Source of the DNA: Candidatus Nanopusillus acidilobi
GTDB taxonomy: Archaea; Nanobdellota; Nanobdellia; Nanobdellales; Nanobdellaceae
Assembly: GCA_001552015.1 (NCBI GenBank)
Contig: CP010514.1
Location: 240,001-272,000, forward strand
Direction: 5' to 3'
Length of the DNA: 32,000 nt
Part shown: positions 9,174 through 18,111 of the stretch, piece after piece
Position numbering within the stretch: position 1 is the stretch's first letter
Layout of the letters: every line of letters starts with the position of its first letter
Position numbers and translations under genes: made by a program
Notes under the pieces: model-generated
Databases searched by the model: none
Told to the model about the DNA's origin: nothing
The model's input: only the letters and a program-made list of their open reading frames with translations

Positions 9174-10050
9174 TTTTTTTACTAATTATATCTGCTAATC
9201 TTATTGGTTCTGGATATTTTCCTTCTATCCAATATTTTTCAGATAATTCTTTTGTTTTTTCTAATGATATTAAATTTCCTGGTGATGCATATATCGTTTC
9301 TCCAAATTTTTCTACTTTATATCCCCTTACTTCATTATTTATTATAATCTTATTATCAACAACATTTCCTGATAATAATTTTTTGGTTATTCCAATGGTA
9401 GGTATATTTAATTTTACTCCAACATATGATGCTAGACCCATTTTAAATGGATGAGAAATTCCATGTCCATTTACAAATAATATATCTATTTTTTCTTTTA
9501 TTTTATTGAATGTTTTTATAATTGGTTCTCCTTCTCTAAAAGCTAAAAAGGATGGTATATATGGAAATTCAATTTTTTCTTTGAATATATATTTATTTAT
9601 TAATTCTAAATTTTTATCTAATATTACATATACTATATAACCTATATCATCTCTATAACTTAAATCAACACCACCAATTAAATTTATATCATTTATATTA
9701 TCTTCTAAAATAATTTTTTTAGCTAATTCTTCTTGTATTTTTCTATATTTTAATAATATTTTTTCTTTTACATTAAAATTATCAAATAAATATTTTTCTA
9801 AATTTACTATTTTATTATTTATAATTTCTATTCCTTCATTTTTTAATAATTCTTCTTGTATTTTATTATTTATTATCCCATCAGAATTTACAACCCTCCA
9901 CCATGGTCCATTTAATTTTTTATAATAATTTATAATAAATTTTATTGAATATTTATCTCCCAAATATTCTGATAATATCTTAAATGTTGTTACTTTACCA
10001 TATGGAATACTATTAATTAATTTACTTAATTCTTCTATAATTTCATTCAT
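9157..10050 (-). CDS. fusion protein: alkyltransferase-like (ATL/AGT-like) domain plus endonuclease V
   Basis: N-terminus IPYGKVTTFKILSEYLG...GPWWRVVNSDGIINN resembles the AGT/ATL DNA-binding domain (Cys of PCHRV replaced). C-terminus GGVDLSY, YIPSFLAFREGEPI, ILFVNGHGISHPFKMGLASYVGVKLNIPTIGITKKLLSG is endonuclease V (Nfi). Confidence 0.92.
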   Translation of the reverse strand: MNEIIEELSKLINSIPYGKVTTFKILSEYLGDKYSIKFIINYYKKLNGPWWRVVNSDGIINNKIQEELLKNEGIEIINNKIVNLEKYLFDNFNVKEKILLKYRKIQEELAKKIILEDNINDINLIGGVDLSYRDDIGYIVYVILDKNLELINKYIFKEKIEFPYIPSFLAFREGEPIIKTFNKIKEKIDILFVNGHGISHPFKMGLASYVGVKLNIPTIGITKKLLSGNVVDNKIIINNEVRGYKVEKFGETIYASPGNLISLEKTKELSEKYWIEGKYPEPIRLADIISKKIKYME

Positions 10051-10090
10051 AATATATAATTTAAAAAATTATTTATAACAAATATACAAA

Positions 10091-10348
10091 ATGGATGATT
10101 GGATAAAAGAAAGTTTGTTAGGAATATTATTATTAATAGTAGGTGGATTTTTAATATATTATTGGTTAGGAGAAACTATATTAGTAATAAAGGGATTGAT
10201 AGGATTAGTAATATTAATATTGGGTATACTAGTATTGTGGATTGGATATGAAGATATAAAATTAAATAAAGAATTAAAGGAAGTACAAAAAGAATTTAGC
10301 GAAGAAAATAAGCAAGAGCAAAATCAAGATAATCAAAATAAACAATGA
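10091..10348 (+). CDS. small membrane protein with charged Gln/Asn-rich tail
   Basis: Two TM segments then KELKEVQKEFSEENKQEQNQDNQNKQ; 85 aa, stop overlaps the start of L15e. Confidence 0.6.
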   Translation: MDDWIKESLLGILLLIVGGFLIYYWLGETILVIKGLIGLVILILGILVLWIGYEDIKLNKELKEVQKEFSEENKQEQNQDNQNKQ

Positions 10349-10866
10349 AATCTGCATATAATTATATTTTTGAAACATGGAAAAAAAGATTTAAAGATGA
10401 AAATTTAAAGAAATTAATTAAAGAAAGATTAATTAAATGGAGAATGGAACCTGAAATTGTTAGGATAGAAAGACCAACAAGATTAGATAAAGCTAGAAAA
10501 TTGGGATGGAAGCCAATAAATGGAATTATATTAGTTAGAGTGAGGGTAAAGAAAGGATGGAGAAAAAGAAAAGATATGCCAAGACATGTTAAGACAAAAA
10601 ATTATTATTATTATAGATCATTAAATATGAGTTTAAGGGCAATTGCTGAACAAAGAGTACAAAGAAAATATCAAAATTTAGAAGTAATAAATTCATATTA
10701 TGTTGGGGAAGATGGTAAATATAAATGGTATGAAGTTATATTAGCAGATCCGAACAATCCAAATATATATAATAGAGAAGAATATTCATGGTTGCTTAAT
10801 AGTAAAAACAGAAAAAGAGCTTTAAGGGGTTTGACCCCTGGATTTAAATCCTCTAGAAAAGTATAA
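10345..10866 (+). CDS. rpl15e: 50S ribosomal protein L15e
   Basis: IERPTRLDKARKLGWKPINGIILVRVRVKKGWRKRK...NLEVINSYYVGEDGKYKWYEVILADPNNP...RGLTPGFKSSR. Confidence 0.96.
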   Translation: MKSAYNYIFETWKKRFKDENLKKLIKERLIKWRMEPEIVRIERPTRLDKARKLGWKPINGIILVRVRVKKGWRKRKDMPRHVKTKNYYYYRSLNMSLRAIAEQRVQRKYQNLEVINSYYVGEDGKYKWYEVILADPNNPNIYNREEYSWLLNSKNRKRALRGLTPGFKSSRKV

Positions 10867-10905
10867 CATAGTTATCTTTATAAGTGTTTGTAATATATTT
10901 TTTAA

Positions 10906-11595
10906 ATGCTAAAAATAGAAGGACTAAATGTTTATTCTGATAATAAAAAAATATTAGAAAATATAAATTTAGAATTTGAATATGGGAAATTATATTTAAT
11001 ATTTGGTCCAAATGGATCCGGAAAAACAACATTAGCAAAAGCAATATTAAATGATGAAAGTTTAAAAAAAGAGGGAAAAATATTTTTAGATAATATAGAT
11101 ATAACAAATGAAAAAACTGAGAATATAGCAAAATATATATTTTATTCTTTTCAGGATCCTGTTGAAATAGAAAATATTAGAACAAGAACATTGTTAATGT
11201 ATATTTTGGATAATTTTGATGAAAAAAAGATATTAAATTTGGGAAAAGATTTAGGATTACCTGAAGATTTTTTAGATAGAGGAATTAATTACAATTTATC
11301 TGGAGGTGAAAAGAAAAGATTTTCATTATTATTATCAATATTATTGAATAGAAAGATTATTATATTAGATGAAATAGATTCTGGGGCAGATATAGAATTC
11401 TTAAATAAATTAAAATATTATTTAGATCAGTTTAAAAAAGAAAATAAAATGATAATATTAATTTCTCATAATTTAAAATTCGTAAAAGAATTAAATATTG
11501 ATAAAGTAATAGTATTAATTGATGGAAAGATAAAATATGTTGGAGATAAAAATATATTAAATAAGATTGAAGAAAATGGATTTAATATTTTTTAA
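10906..11595 (+). CDS. sufC: SufC-like ABC ATPase (Fe-S cluster assembly)
   Basis: Walker A GPNGSGKTT; SFQDPVEIENI; NLSGGEKKRFSLL signature (SGGEKKR is SufC-like); Walker B IIILDEIDSGAD. Confidence 0.85.
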   Translation: MLKIEGLNVYSDNKKILENINLEFEYGKLYLIFGPNGSGKTTLAKAILNDESLKKEGKIFLDNIDITNEKTENIAKYIFYSFQDPVEIENIRTRTLLMYILDNFDEKKILNLGKDLGLPEDFLDRGINYNLSGGEKKRFSLLLSILLNRKIIILDEIDSGADIEFLNKLKYYLDQFKKENKMIILISHNLKFVKELNIDKVIVLIDGKIKYVGDKNILNKIEENGFNIF

Positions 11596-12175
11596 AGATT
11601 TATTTAAAAAGTATTATGATAAAATTTTTGACAATTATAAAATAATTAAAAATGAATTTAATATAAATAAAGATCAATATATTGAAATTAATTTAGATAA
11701 GAATATTTATTATAATGTTTTTAATATAAATAGTTCTGAAATAAAAATAAGAATTAATAATAATGATATTTCAATGATGTATAATGAATTTAATATAATT
11801 GGAAAAGTAAAAATAAATATTTTAATTAATAATTCTGGAAATCTAAAAATATATAATTTATATAAAATAAATAGTAATTCTTATTCAGATTCAATAGAAA
11901 AGATATATAATAAAAATAATATTGTTTTAATATCTAAAATATTTATTGATAAAAATTCTGAAAATTCTGAAGGAAAATTATCTCAATATCTATTGGAAGA
12001 AAATGGTATATCAATTTTATTACCAATATTAGATATAGAAAATAATAAATCAAAAGGATTTCATGGATCTAAAATATTAAAATTAACTGAAAAAGAGGAA
12101 AGTTATCTAAGATATTTATCAATAAGTAAAGAAGAAATAAAGAACATTTTAATGAGAGAATTTAACTTTATATAA
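11567..12175 (+). CDS. very short SufB/SufD-like protein (202 aa)
   Basis: Directly overlaps sufC by 29 nt. C-terminal half has SufB/D-like order: GxxxQYLLEENG..LLPILDI...FHGSKILKLTEKEESYLRYLSISKEEIKNILMREF (compare the conserved HG ... YL..RGI...A...L...F region). Confidence 0.65.
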   Translation: MKKMDLIFFKDLFKKYYDKIFDNYKIIKNEFNINKDQYIEINLDKNIYYNVFNINSSEIKIRINNNDISMMYNEFNIIGKVKINILINNSGNLKIYNLYKINSNSYSDSIEKIYNKNNIVLISKIFIDKNSENSEGKLSQYLLEENGISILLPILDIENNKSKGFHGSKILKLTEKEESYLRYLSISKEEIKNILMREFNFI

Positions 12176-12205
12176 AATTATAAACTTTAATTATATATTC
12201 TTTTA

Positions 12206-13183
12206 ATGGAAGAGGAAGAAAAGAAACAAATTAAAGATTTGGAAGATTTACCTGGTGTAGGTCCAAAAACTGCACAGAAATTAAGAGAAGCTGGTATATT
12301 TTCATTAGAGGATCTTGCTGTATCTTCTGTTCATGAATTAGTAGAAAAAGTTGGACTTGGAGAAGAAACTGCTAAAAAATTAGTAGAAATGGCTCAAGAT
12401 ATTGTTGGACAAGGATTTATATCTGCATATGATTTCTATAGCTCAAGAAAAGCTGTTGAAAGGATAACCACAGGTTCAAAAGCTCTAGATGATTTACTTG
12501 GTGGAGGTATTGAAACACAGGCATTAATAGAAGCTTTTGGTGAATTTGGTTCTGGAAAAACGCAATTAGGACATCAATTATCAGTTAATGTTCAATTACC
12601 AAAGGAAAAAGGTGGATTAAGCGAACCTGATAAACCAGCTCAGGCAGTTTATATTGATACTGAAGGAACATTTAGACCAGAGAGAATTGTACAAATGGCA
12701 AAAGGTGTAGAACTGGACCCAGATAATGTATTAAAGAATATAATATTTATAAGGGCATATAATTCAGATCATCAAGTAAATATTGTAAAGAAAATACCAA
12801 GTTTAATTCATGAAGGAAGAAATATAAGATTAGTAATTATAGATTCAATTACTGCACATTTTAGGGCAGAATATGTTGGAAGAAGTAACTTAGCTGAGAG
12901 ACAGCAAAAATTAAATCAGCACTTAAGAGATCTATTGAAGTTAGCTACAGTTTATAATTTAGCAGTATATGTAACAAATCAGGTTATGGCAAAACCTGAA
13001 GGATATTTTTCTTTAGATCAACAGGCAGTTGGAGGACATGTTCTAGCTCATGCAATTACATATAGAATATTCTTAAGAAAAGGTAAGGAAAGGACAAGAA
13101 TTGCTAGATTAATTGATGCACCTCACTTACCTGAAAGGGAGGCAATATTTAAAATAAGTGAAGAAGGTATTAGGGATGTATAA
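12206..13183 (+). CDS. radA: DNA repair and recombination protein RadA
   Basis: HhH domain [19 protein letters not shown]; Walker [10 protein letters not shown]; [14 protein letters not shown]; [18 protein letters not shown]; 325 aa. Confidence 0.97.
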   Translation: MEEEEKKQIKDLEDLPGVGPKTAQKLREAGIFSLEDLAVSSVHELVEKVGLGEETAKKLVEMAQDIVGQGFISAYDFYSSRKAVERITTGSKALDDLLGGGIETQALIEAFGEFGSGKTQLGHQLSVNVQLPKEKGGLSEPDKPAQAVYIDTEGTFRPERIVQMAKGVELDPDNVLKNIIFIRAYNSDHQVNIVKKIPSLIHEGRNIRLVIIDSITAHFRAEYVGRSNLAERQQKLNQHLRDLLKLATVYNLAVYVTNQVMAKPEGYFSLDQQAVGGHVLAHAITYRIFLRKGKERTRIARLIDAPHLPEREAIFKISEEGIRDV

Positions 13184-13216
13184 ACTTTATATTTAGATAT
13201 TTTCTATTTTATATAT

Positions 13217-13468
13217 ATGGAAAGATATGAAGCATCATCCTTATTAAACAAATCAGTTGTTACAGACAAAGGTAGAAAGTTAGGAGAAATTGCAGATCTA
13301 CAATTTGAAGAGAAAACAGGAGAAGTATTAAATATTATATTAAAGAATCCTACTGAGAATGCTGAAAGGTTGGGATTAGAAAAAACAAAAGATGGATTTT
13401 TAGTACCATTTATGGCAGTAAAAGCAATTGGTGATTATGTAGTTGTTTCTGAAGAAGATTTAGTATAA
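13217..13468 (+). CDS. PRC-barrel domain protein
   Basis: VVTDKGRKLGEIADLQFEEKTGEVLNIILKNP...GFLVPFMAVKAIGDYVVV; 83 aa. Confidence 0.8.
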   Translation: MERYEASSLLNKSVVTDKGRKLGEIADLQFEEKTGEVLNIILKNPTENAERLGLEKTKDGFLVPFMAVKAIGDYVVVSEEDLV

Positions 13469-13579
13469 TTTCTTTTTAATTTATTATATTAAAACAAAAA
13501 AGGTCTTGTAATTGAATCTTTTATCTGTAATGTTATGGTTTAATAAAAAATAAAATTCAAATAGAATAGCTTATTCTGA

Positions 13580-13813
13580 TTATTCAGTAGGTTTTATGAC
13601 AGATATATTATCACCTCTTAAGAATATCCAAGGTAATTTTTTATTGGTATCTAATTCTGTTACATCTTCTAATACCATATTTGGATGAACATCAGAAGCT
13701 ACTAATTTACCTCTATATTGTTTACCATTTTTCATTTCTACTATTATTTCTTTTCCTTTTGACTGTGTTATTATATCTAATGGTCTTACTATGTCCATAA
13801 ACAAAATATACAA
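13580..13813 (-). CDS. Sm-like (LSm) RNA-binding protein
   Basis: MDIVRPLDIITQSKGKEIIVEMKNGKQYRGKLVASDVHPNMVLEDVTEL...IFLRGDNISVIKP: Sm1 and Sm2 motifs. Confidence 0.93.
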   Translation of the reverse strand: MYILFMDIVRPLDIITQSKGKEIIVEMKNGKQYRGKLVASDVHPNMVLEDVTELDTNKKLPWIFLRGDNISVIKPTE

Positions 13814-13852
13814 GAAAGATTTTATAAATTTATTTTATAAATTAGTTTAAAA

Positions 13853-14272
13853 TTATTCTTTTATTAATATTCCATTTATAATTCCATCTTGACCTGGTCT
13901 TGATGTTACTAAAACTTTTCCTATTTCAGTATTTAATATAGCATTTTTAGTTATTATTTTTTCTCTATCTAAATTTTTATCATTTGGATTTTTAATAACA
14001 CCTAATATTTTTACTCTTTTAACTTCTTTTGTTTCTGGATTAAGAACATTTACATATAAAGCACCTTTTAATTTTACTTTATAATTTCCACCCTTTGTTC
14101 TAAATATATATCTTATTTCATCATTACTCTTTGATATTTTTGTTAGAATTAGATATCTTCCATAATTTGTTTTTCTTTTTTTACTATTAGGAGATTTTAC
14201 TTTACCATTTTCCTTTCTTAAATCTCTACCTTGGTAAACGGATAATCCTCCTTTTTTGTATATATTTACCAT
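13853..14272 (-). CDS. rps8e: 30S ribosomal protein S8e (start revised from 14350)
   Basis: MVNIYKKGGLSVYQGRDLRKENGKVKSPNSKKRKTNYGRYL...VTSRPGQDGIINGILIKE. The ORF-track N-terminal extension (MTARAPPRILFF...) is antisense to tRNA-Leu and not S8e-like, so ATG at 14272 is preferred. Confidence 0.92.
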   Translation of the reverse strand: MVNIYKKGGLSVYQGRDLRKENGKVKSPNSKKRKTNYGRYLILTKISKSNDEIRYIFRTKGGNYKVKLKGALYVNVLNPETKEVKRVKILGVIKNPNDKNLDREKIITKNAILNTEIGKVLVTSRPGQDGIINGILIKE

Positions 14273-14328
14273 TTTATTTTTATGATAAAAAAGATTTAAA
14301 AAATAAAATGCAATAAAAAATAAAATAC

Positions 14329-14428
14329 GCGGCGGTGCCCGAGCGGTCAAAGGGGTCGGGCTTAAGACCCAATTGGTAAGAAACCCGATGGGTTAGTCCC
14401 GTCAGGGGTTCAAATCCCCTCCGCCGCA
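14329..14428 (+). tRNA. tRNA-Leu(TAA) with a 16-nt intron (14367..14382)
   Basis: GCGGCGG/CCGCCGC acceptor, class II variable arm TGGGTTAGTCCCG, T arm AGGGG TTCAAAT CCCCT, anticodon stem TCGGG/CCCGA with loop CTTAAG|ACCCAATTGGTAAGAA|A; spliced length 84 nt. Confidence 0.95.
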
Positions 14429-14487
14429 CTTTAACTATCTATATAATTACCATAAAATATTTATTACCTAAGAATAATAAATATAAT

Positions 14488-16092
14488 ATGAAATCTATTT
14501 CTCCAATAGTAGGAACTATATTAATTATTGTTATGACAGTTGCAATTGCTGGATTATTTTATGCATTTACTTCAGGTATGTTTAATTCAATTATATCTTC
14601 ATCAAATAATTTAGTTAATCAACAATCAAAAATAATATCATTTACAATAAATAGTGTATATTGTTCAAATAATATATTATATTTTAATATATATAATAAA
14701 GGAAATATACCTATTAATATAAATAATTCTCAAATTATATTTACAGATAATAATGGAAATACTATATCAATAAATGGAAGTAATGTTGTATGTAATAATG
14801 GAAATATAATTAATATTGGAAGTAATGAATTATGTTATGTATTAAATTATATTTGTTATTATAATTATACAGATTATATAAAAACTACTAATTTTGTATA
14901 TAATGGAATAAATTATAATTATGAGATATTAAGTAATAATAAATTTAATATAATATACAATCTTATTAATTATCCAATAATAATATATAATACTCAATCT
15001 ATTCCAACCCCATCTCCATTTCAACAAGATATTGCTATTTGTAATGAAACAATTAATATTAGTAATAATTTTGCATATGTAAATAATGCAACATTATTTA
15101 ATTTAATTAATCCAAATGGGCAAAATGTAATGTTCTTTAATCCAAATAACGGACAATTATCTTATTCATGGTATGAAGGTCAGTTAATTAACGGAAGTAC
15201 ATATTGTGATGTATGGTGGATAAATTTACCAAATGGAGTTCCTGCTAATTCAAATGTAACAATATATATGTATATAGGATCCAATAATTCCAATTATTAT
15301 CCATTATGTTATCCATATGTAGGAACTAATGAGCAAGTTATAGGAACTATGCAATATGATAATGGACAAAAAGTATTTATAGCATATGGATATTTTAATA
15401 ATACATTTAATGGATGGAGTGGACATGTTTCTTCTGCATCCTGGTCTCCTACAGCAACTTCAAATGGTATTGAAATGATAAATAATCAATATGGTGAAGG
15501 AACTTATATTTTACCTCCAAATAATTGGAATATTCCTAAAATTCCTTTAATTGTTGAGGAAGCTTGGTATTATGGAGGGGGAAGCCCGAATGCAGATGCA
15601 AATGTAATAGCATTATTTGGAAATACAAGTAAACAAATTGGTGCAGGTATTGGATCTACTGATGGTGGTTGGACACCAACATCTAATTTATCCACATTTG
15701 TACAATTTGAATATTGGCCTGGTAATTCTCCACCAAACTCTCAAGCAACTATGTTAAAATCTGCAGTAACAGATCAATATTTAAGTTATACATCTTTCCC
15801 AACATCTGGCGGAACAGTTTATTCATATTTAATAGTTAATTCTACATATGCACAAACAGGATATTATATTTATAGTTCTAATCAAGTATGGGCTCCATTA
15901 ACATTATTAGATACTTATACAGTAAATAATAATGGATATACATATTATAATTTAAATTATAATCCTTTCCAATATGGTACATTAGAAATAGGTGCTGGAA
16001 CTGGTGGAGCTTATTCGTACCAATATGTAGAATGGGTAATAGCTAGATCATATCCTCCAAATGGTGTAATGCCTTCAATTTATATTGGTTAA
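14488..16092 (+). CDS. secreted surface protein with type-IV-pilin/archaellin-like N-terminus and DUF2341-like region
   Basis: MKSISPIVGTILIIVMTVAIAGLFYAFTSG (pilin-like hydrophobic N-terminus in the flagellin/pilin pattern) followed by Asn/Tyr/Ser-rich beta region with CDVWWINLPNGVPANSNVTIYMYIG and VEWVIARSYPPNGVMPSIYIG. Confidence 0.82.
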   Translation: MKSISPIVGTILIIVMTVAIAGLFYAFTSGMFNSIISSSNNLVNQQSKIISFTINSVYCSNNILYFNIYNKGNIPININNSQIIFTDNNGNTISINGSNVVCNNGNIINIGSNELCYVLNYICYYNYTDYIKTTNFVYNGINYNYEILSNNKFNIIYNLINYPIIIYNTQSIPTPSPFQQDIAICNETINISNNFAYVNNATLFNLINPNGQNVMFFNPNNGQLSYSWYEGQLINGSTYCDVWWINLPNGVPANSNVTIYMYIGSNNSNYYPLCYPYVGTNEQVIGTMQYDNGQKVFIAYGYFNNTFNGWSGHVSSASWSPTATSNGIEMINNQYGEGTYILPPNNWNIPKIPLIVEEAWYYGGGSPNADANVIALFGNTSKQIGAGIGSTDGGWTPTSNLSTFVQFEYWPGNSPPNSQATMLKSAVTDQYLSYTSFPTSGGTVYSYLIVNSTYAQTGYYIYSSNQVWAPLTLLDTYTVNNNGYTYYNLNYNPFQYGTLEIGAGTGGAYSYQYVEWVIARSYPPNGVMPSIYIG

Positions 16093-16158
16093 ATTTCTTT
16101 TATTTTTTCAATATAATATTGCTTTCAGTTCATTAATGCTATCTGTAATATTAAAACC

Positions 16159-16232
16159 TGGGGCGGGTGGGATTTGAACCCACGACCTTCCGGTCTTCAG
16201 CCGGACGCTCTCCCGGTCTGAGCTACCGCCCC
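16159..16232 (-). tRNA. tRNA-Phe(GAA)
   Basis: Minus strand GGGGCGG TA GCTC...GAGC G TCCGG CTGAAGA CCGGA AGGTC GTGGG TTCAAAT CCCAC CCGCCCC A; all arms pair, no intron. Confidence 0.97.
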
Positions 16233-16302
16233 TTTAATTATCAATATTTTTTATTATTTATTTTTTAAATTTTTCAAATTATAAAATATTCTTTAATTTA
16301 TA

Positions 16303-18111
16303 ATGATAGAAAAATATTATCCAATATTAAATAATAGACCATTTCAAATTGATGTTGTAGAAAAAATATTGAACTATATTAATGAAAATAGAAAATTTAT
16401 TTTATTAGATTCTCCTACAGGTTCAGGTAAAACAATTATTGCATTAGTAATTTCTGATTATTTGGCAAAAGAAGATTTTATAACTCATATTGCTGTAAGA
16501 ACAACTGAAGAAATAAAAAGATATTTGGAAGATTCATTTAAAATAAATACAATATTAAGGGTATATCCAAATAAAAAGAAAACATGTCCAATATTTTTTA
16601 AATCAAATTTATCTGGAGAAGAAATAATATGTGCAGATTGTATATATAAAAAATCTTTATATGATCCAGAAGAATTATATAAAAGATTAAAGAAATATAA
16701 TTATAATTTTATTAAATTGACAAAAATAGAATATAAGAAATATTTAAAAAAGAAAAATGTAAAATGCATATATCATTCTTTTAAGAAAATTGATTCAAAT
16801 ATTTATATTTCAACATATCCATATGTTTTTAATCAATATTTAAATGAAGTATTATCTTTAGAAGGGGAACCTGATTTTTTAATAATGGATGAATCTCATA
16901 ATTTATTAACATCAATTATAAATCCTATGTCAATATCATTTAAAAGATATATAGAAAAAGGTATTGGAAAAAGAAATGAAGAAAATTTATTATTCCAGGA
17001 TTTAGTAAAAGAATTAGAAATTATAAAAAATGCTTTAAATATACCTGAACAGGATTTTGAATTAATAAGATATAATTTAATGAAATTCTCAGATGAATTA
17101 TTATCATTTATAGAAAATATAATTGCAAAAAAATTTAATACAAGGGATATATATTTAATAAAAGAAAGAATGGAAAAATCTTCAAAGGAAATATATGTAG
17201 ATAGAGAAAAATTAAAGGAAATATTTGATTCAAATGAAAAATTATTGGATAATTTATCATTTTATTGGGAAACATATAAAAGATATATTTCAAAAAATAA
17301 TATTAAATTACCAAAGAAAAGATGGAATATAAATAAAATATTAAAACTATATTATTATATAAATTCTGAGGATATTTTTTGGATATTAAATTTATTTAAA
17401 TTAGAAGGATATATAACAAAATTTGAAAAAATAATTAAAGTATTTGATAATTATAAATCAGTAATATTAATGTCTGGAAGTAATTTTACAAAAGAAAGTT
17501 TCCAAAAATTATATAAAATAAAGGATGTAGAATATATTAAAGTTGATGTAAAATATGGAAAAAAGGATTATGAAGTATTATATAATTTTTCTTCAAGATA
17601 TTCAAAAAGAAATGATAAAAATAATATAGAAAATTTAATAGGTGATATAAAATTTATTGCAAATAATTTAGAAAAATATCAATTATATATGTTCCCTTCA
17701 TATTCTTTTATGATAGATATATATGAAAAATTGGATATAAAGGATAGAATATTTTTAGATGATGGGGAAAAACCATTGAATAGGATATTAAAAACTGATA
17801 AAGATATAATATTTACATATGCAAGATCAAGATTTATAGAAGGAATCCAATTGGTAAAAGATAACCAATCATTATTAAGGGTAATTGTAATTGTTGGAAA
17901 ACCATATCCACCTCCACCAAATGCATCAATATTAATATATAAAATGATTAAGGATAATAATTTGGATTATAATGAATTAGCAGAAGTATTAAAGGATATA
18001 AATATTAAACAGGTAATTGGAAGGGCAATAAGATTTCCAAATGATCATGTTAAAATATTTTTTATAGATGATAGATATAAAAAGGCGGAAATTAAAAAAT
18101 ATTTGCAATAA
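16303..18111 (+). CDS. XPD/Rad3-like Fe-S superfamily 2 helicase
   Basis: SPTGSGKTI, MDESHNLL (DEAH), four Cys arranged C-x14-C-x2-C-x(~40)-C between motifs I and II, IKQVIGRAIRFPND motif VI. Confidence 0.9.
   Translation: MIEKYYPILNNRPFQIDVVEKILNYINENRKFILLDSPTGSGKTIIALVISDYLAKEDFITHIAVRTTEEIKRYLEDSFKINTILRVYPNKKKTCPIFFKSNLSGEEIICADCIYKKSLYDPEELYKRLKKYNYNFIKLTKIEYKKYLKKKNVKCIYHSFKKIDSNIYISTYPYVFNQYLNEVLSLEGEPDFLIMDESHNLLTSIINPMSISFKRYIEKGIGKRNEENLLFQDLVKELEIIKNALNIPEQDFELIRYNLMKFSDELLSFIENIIAKKFNTRDIYLIKERMEKSSKEIYVDREKLKEIFDSNEKLLDNLSFYWETYKRYISKNNIKLPKKRWNINKILKLYYYINSEDIFWILNLFKLEGYITKFEKIIKVFDNYKSVILMSGSNFTKESFQKLYKIKDVEYIKVDVKYGKKDYEVLYNFSSRYSKRNDKNNIENLIGDIKFIANNLEKYQLYMFPSYSFMIDIYEKLDIKDRIFLDDGEKPLNRILKTDKDIIFTYARSRFIEGIQLVKDNQSLLRVIVIVGKPYPPPPNASILIYKMIKDNNLDYNELAEVLKDINIKQVIGRAIRFPNDHVKIFFIDDRYKKAEIKKYLQ

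Noticed and set aside
10853-11131. Minus-strand 92-aa ORF
   Set aside because: Antisense to SufC N-terminus, which has a clear Walker A.
14273-14350. N-terminal extension of S8e in the ORF track
   Set aside because: Overlaps tRNA-Leu antisense; internal ATG at 14272 gives the canonical S8e start region.
14329-14428. tRNA-Leu interrupted region as a split (trans-spliced) tRNA
   Set aside because: Both halves are contiguous and separated by only 16 nt with a proper BHB; a cis intron explains it fully.
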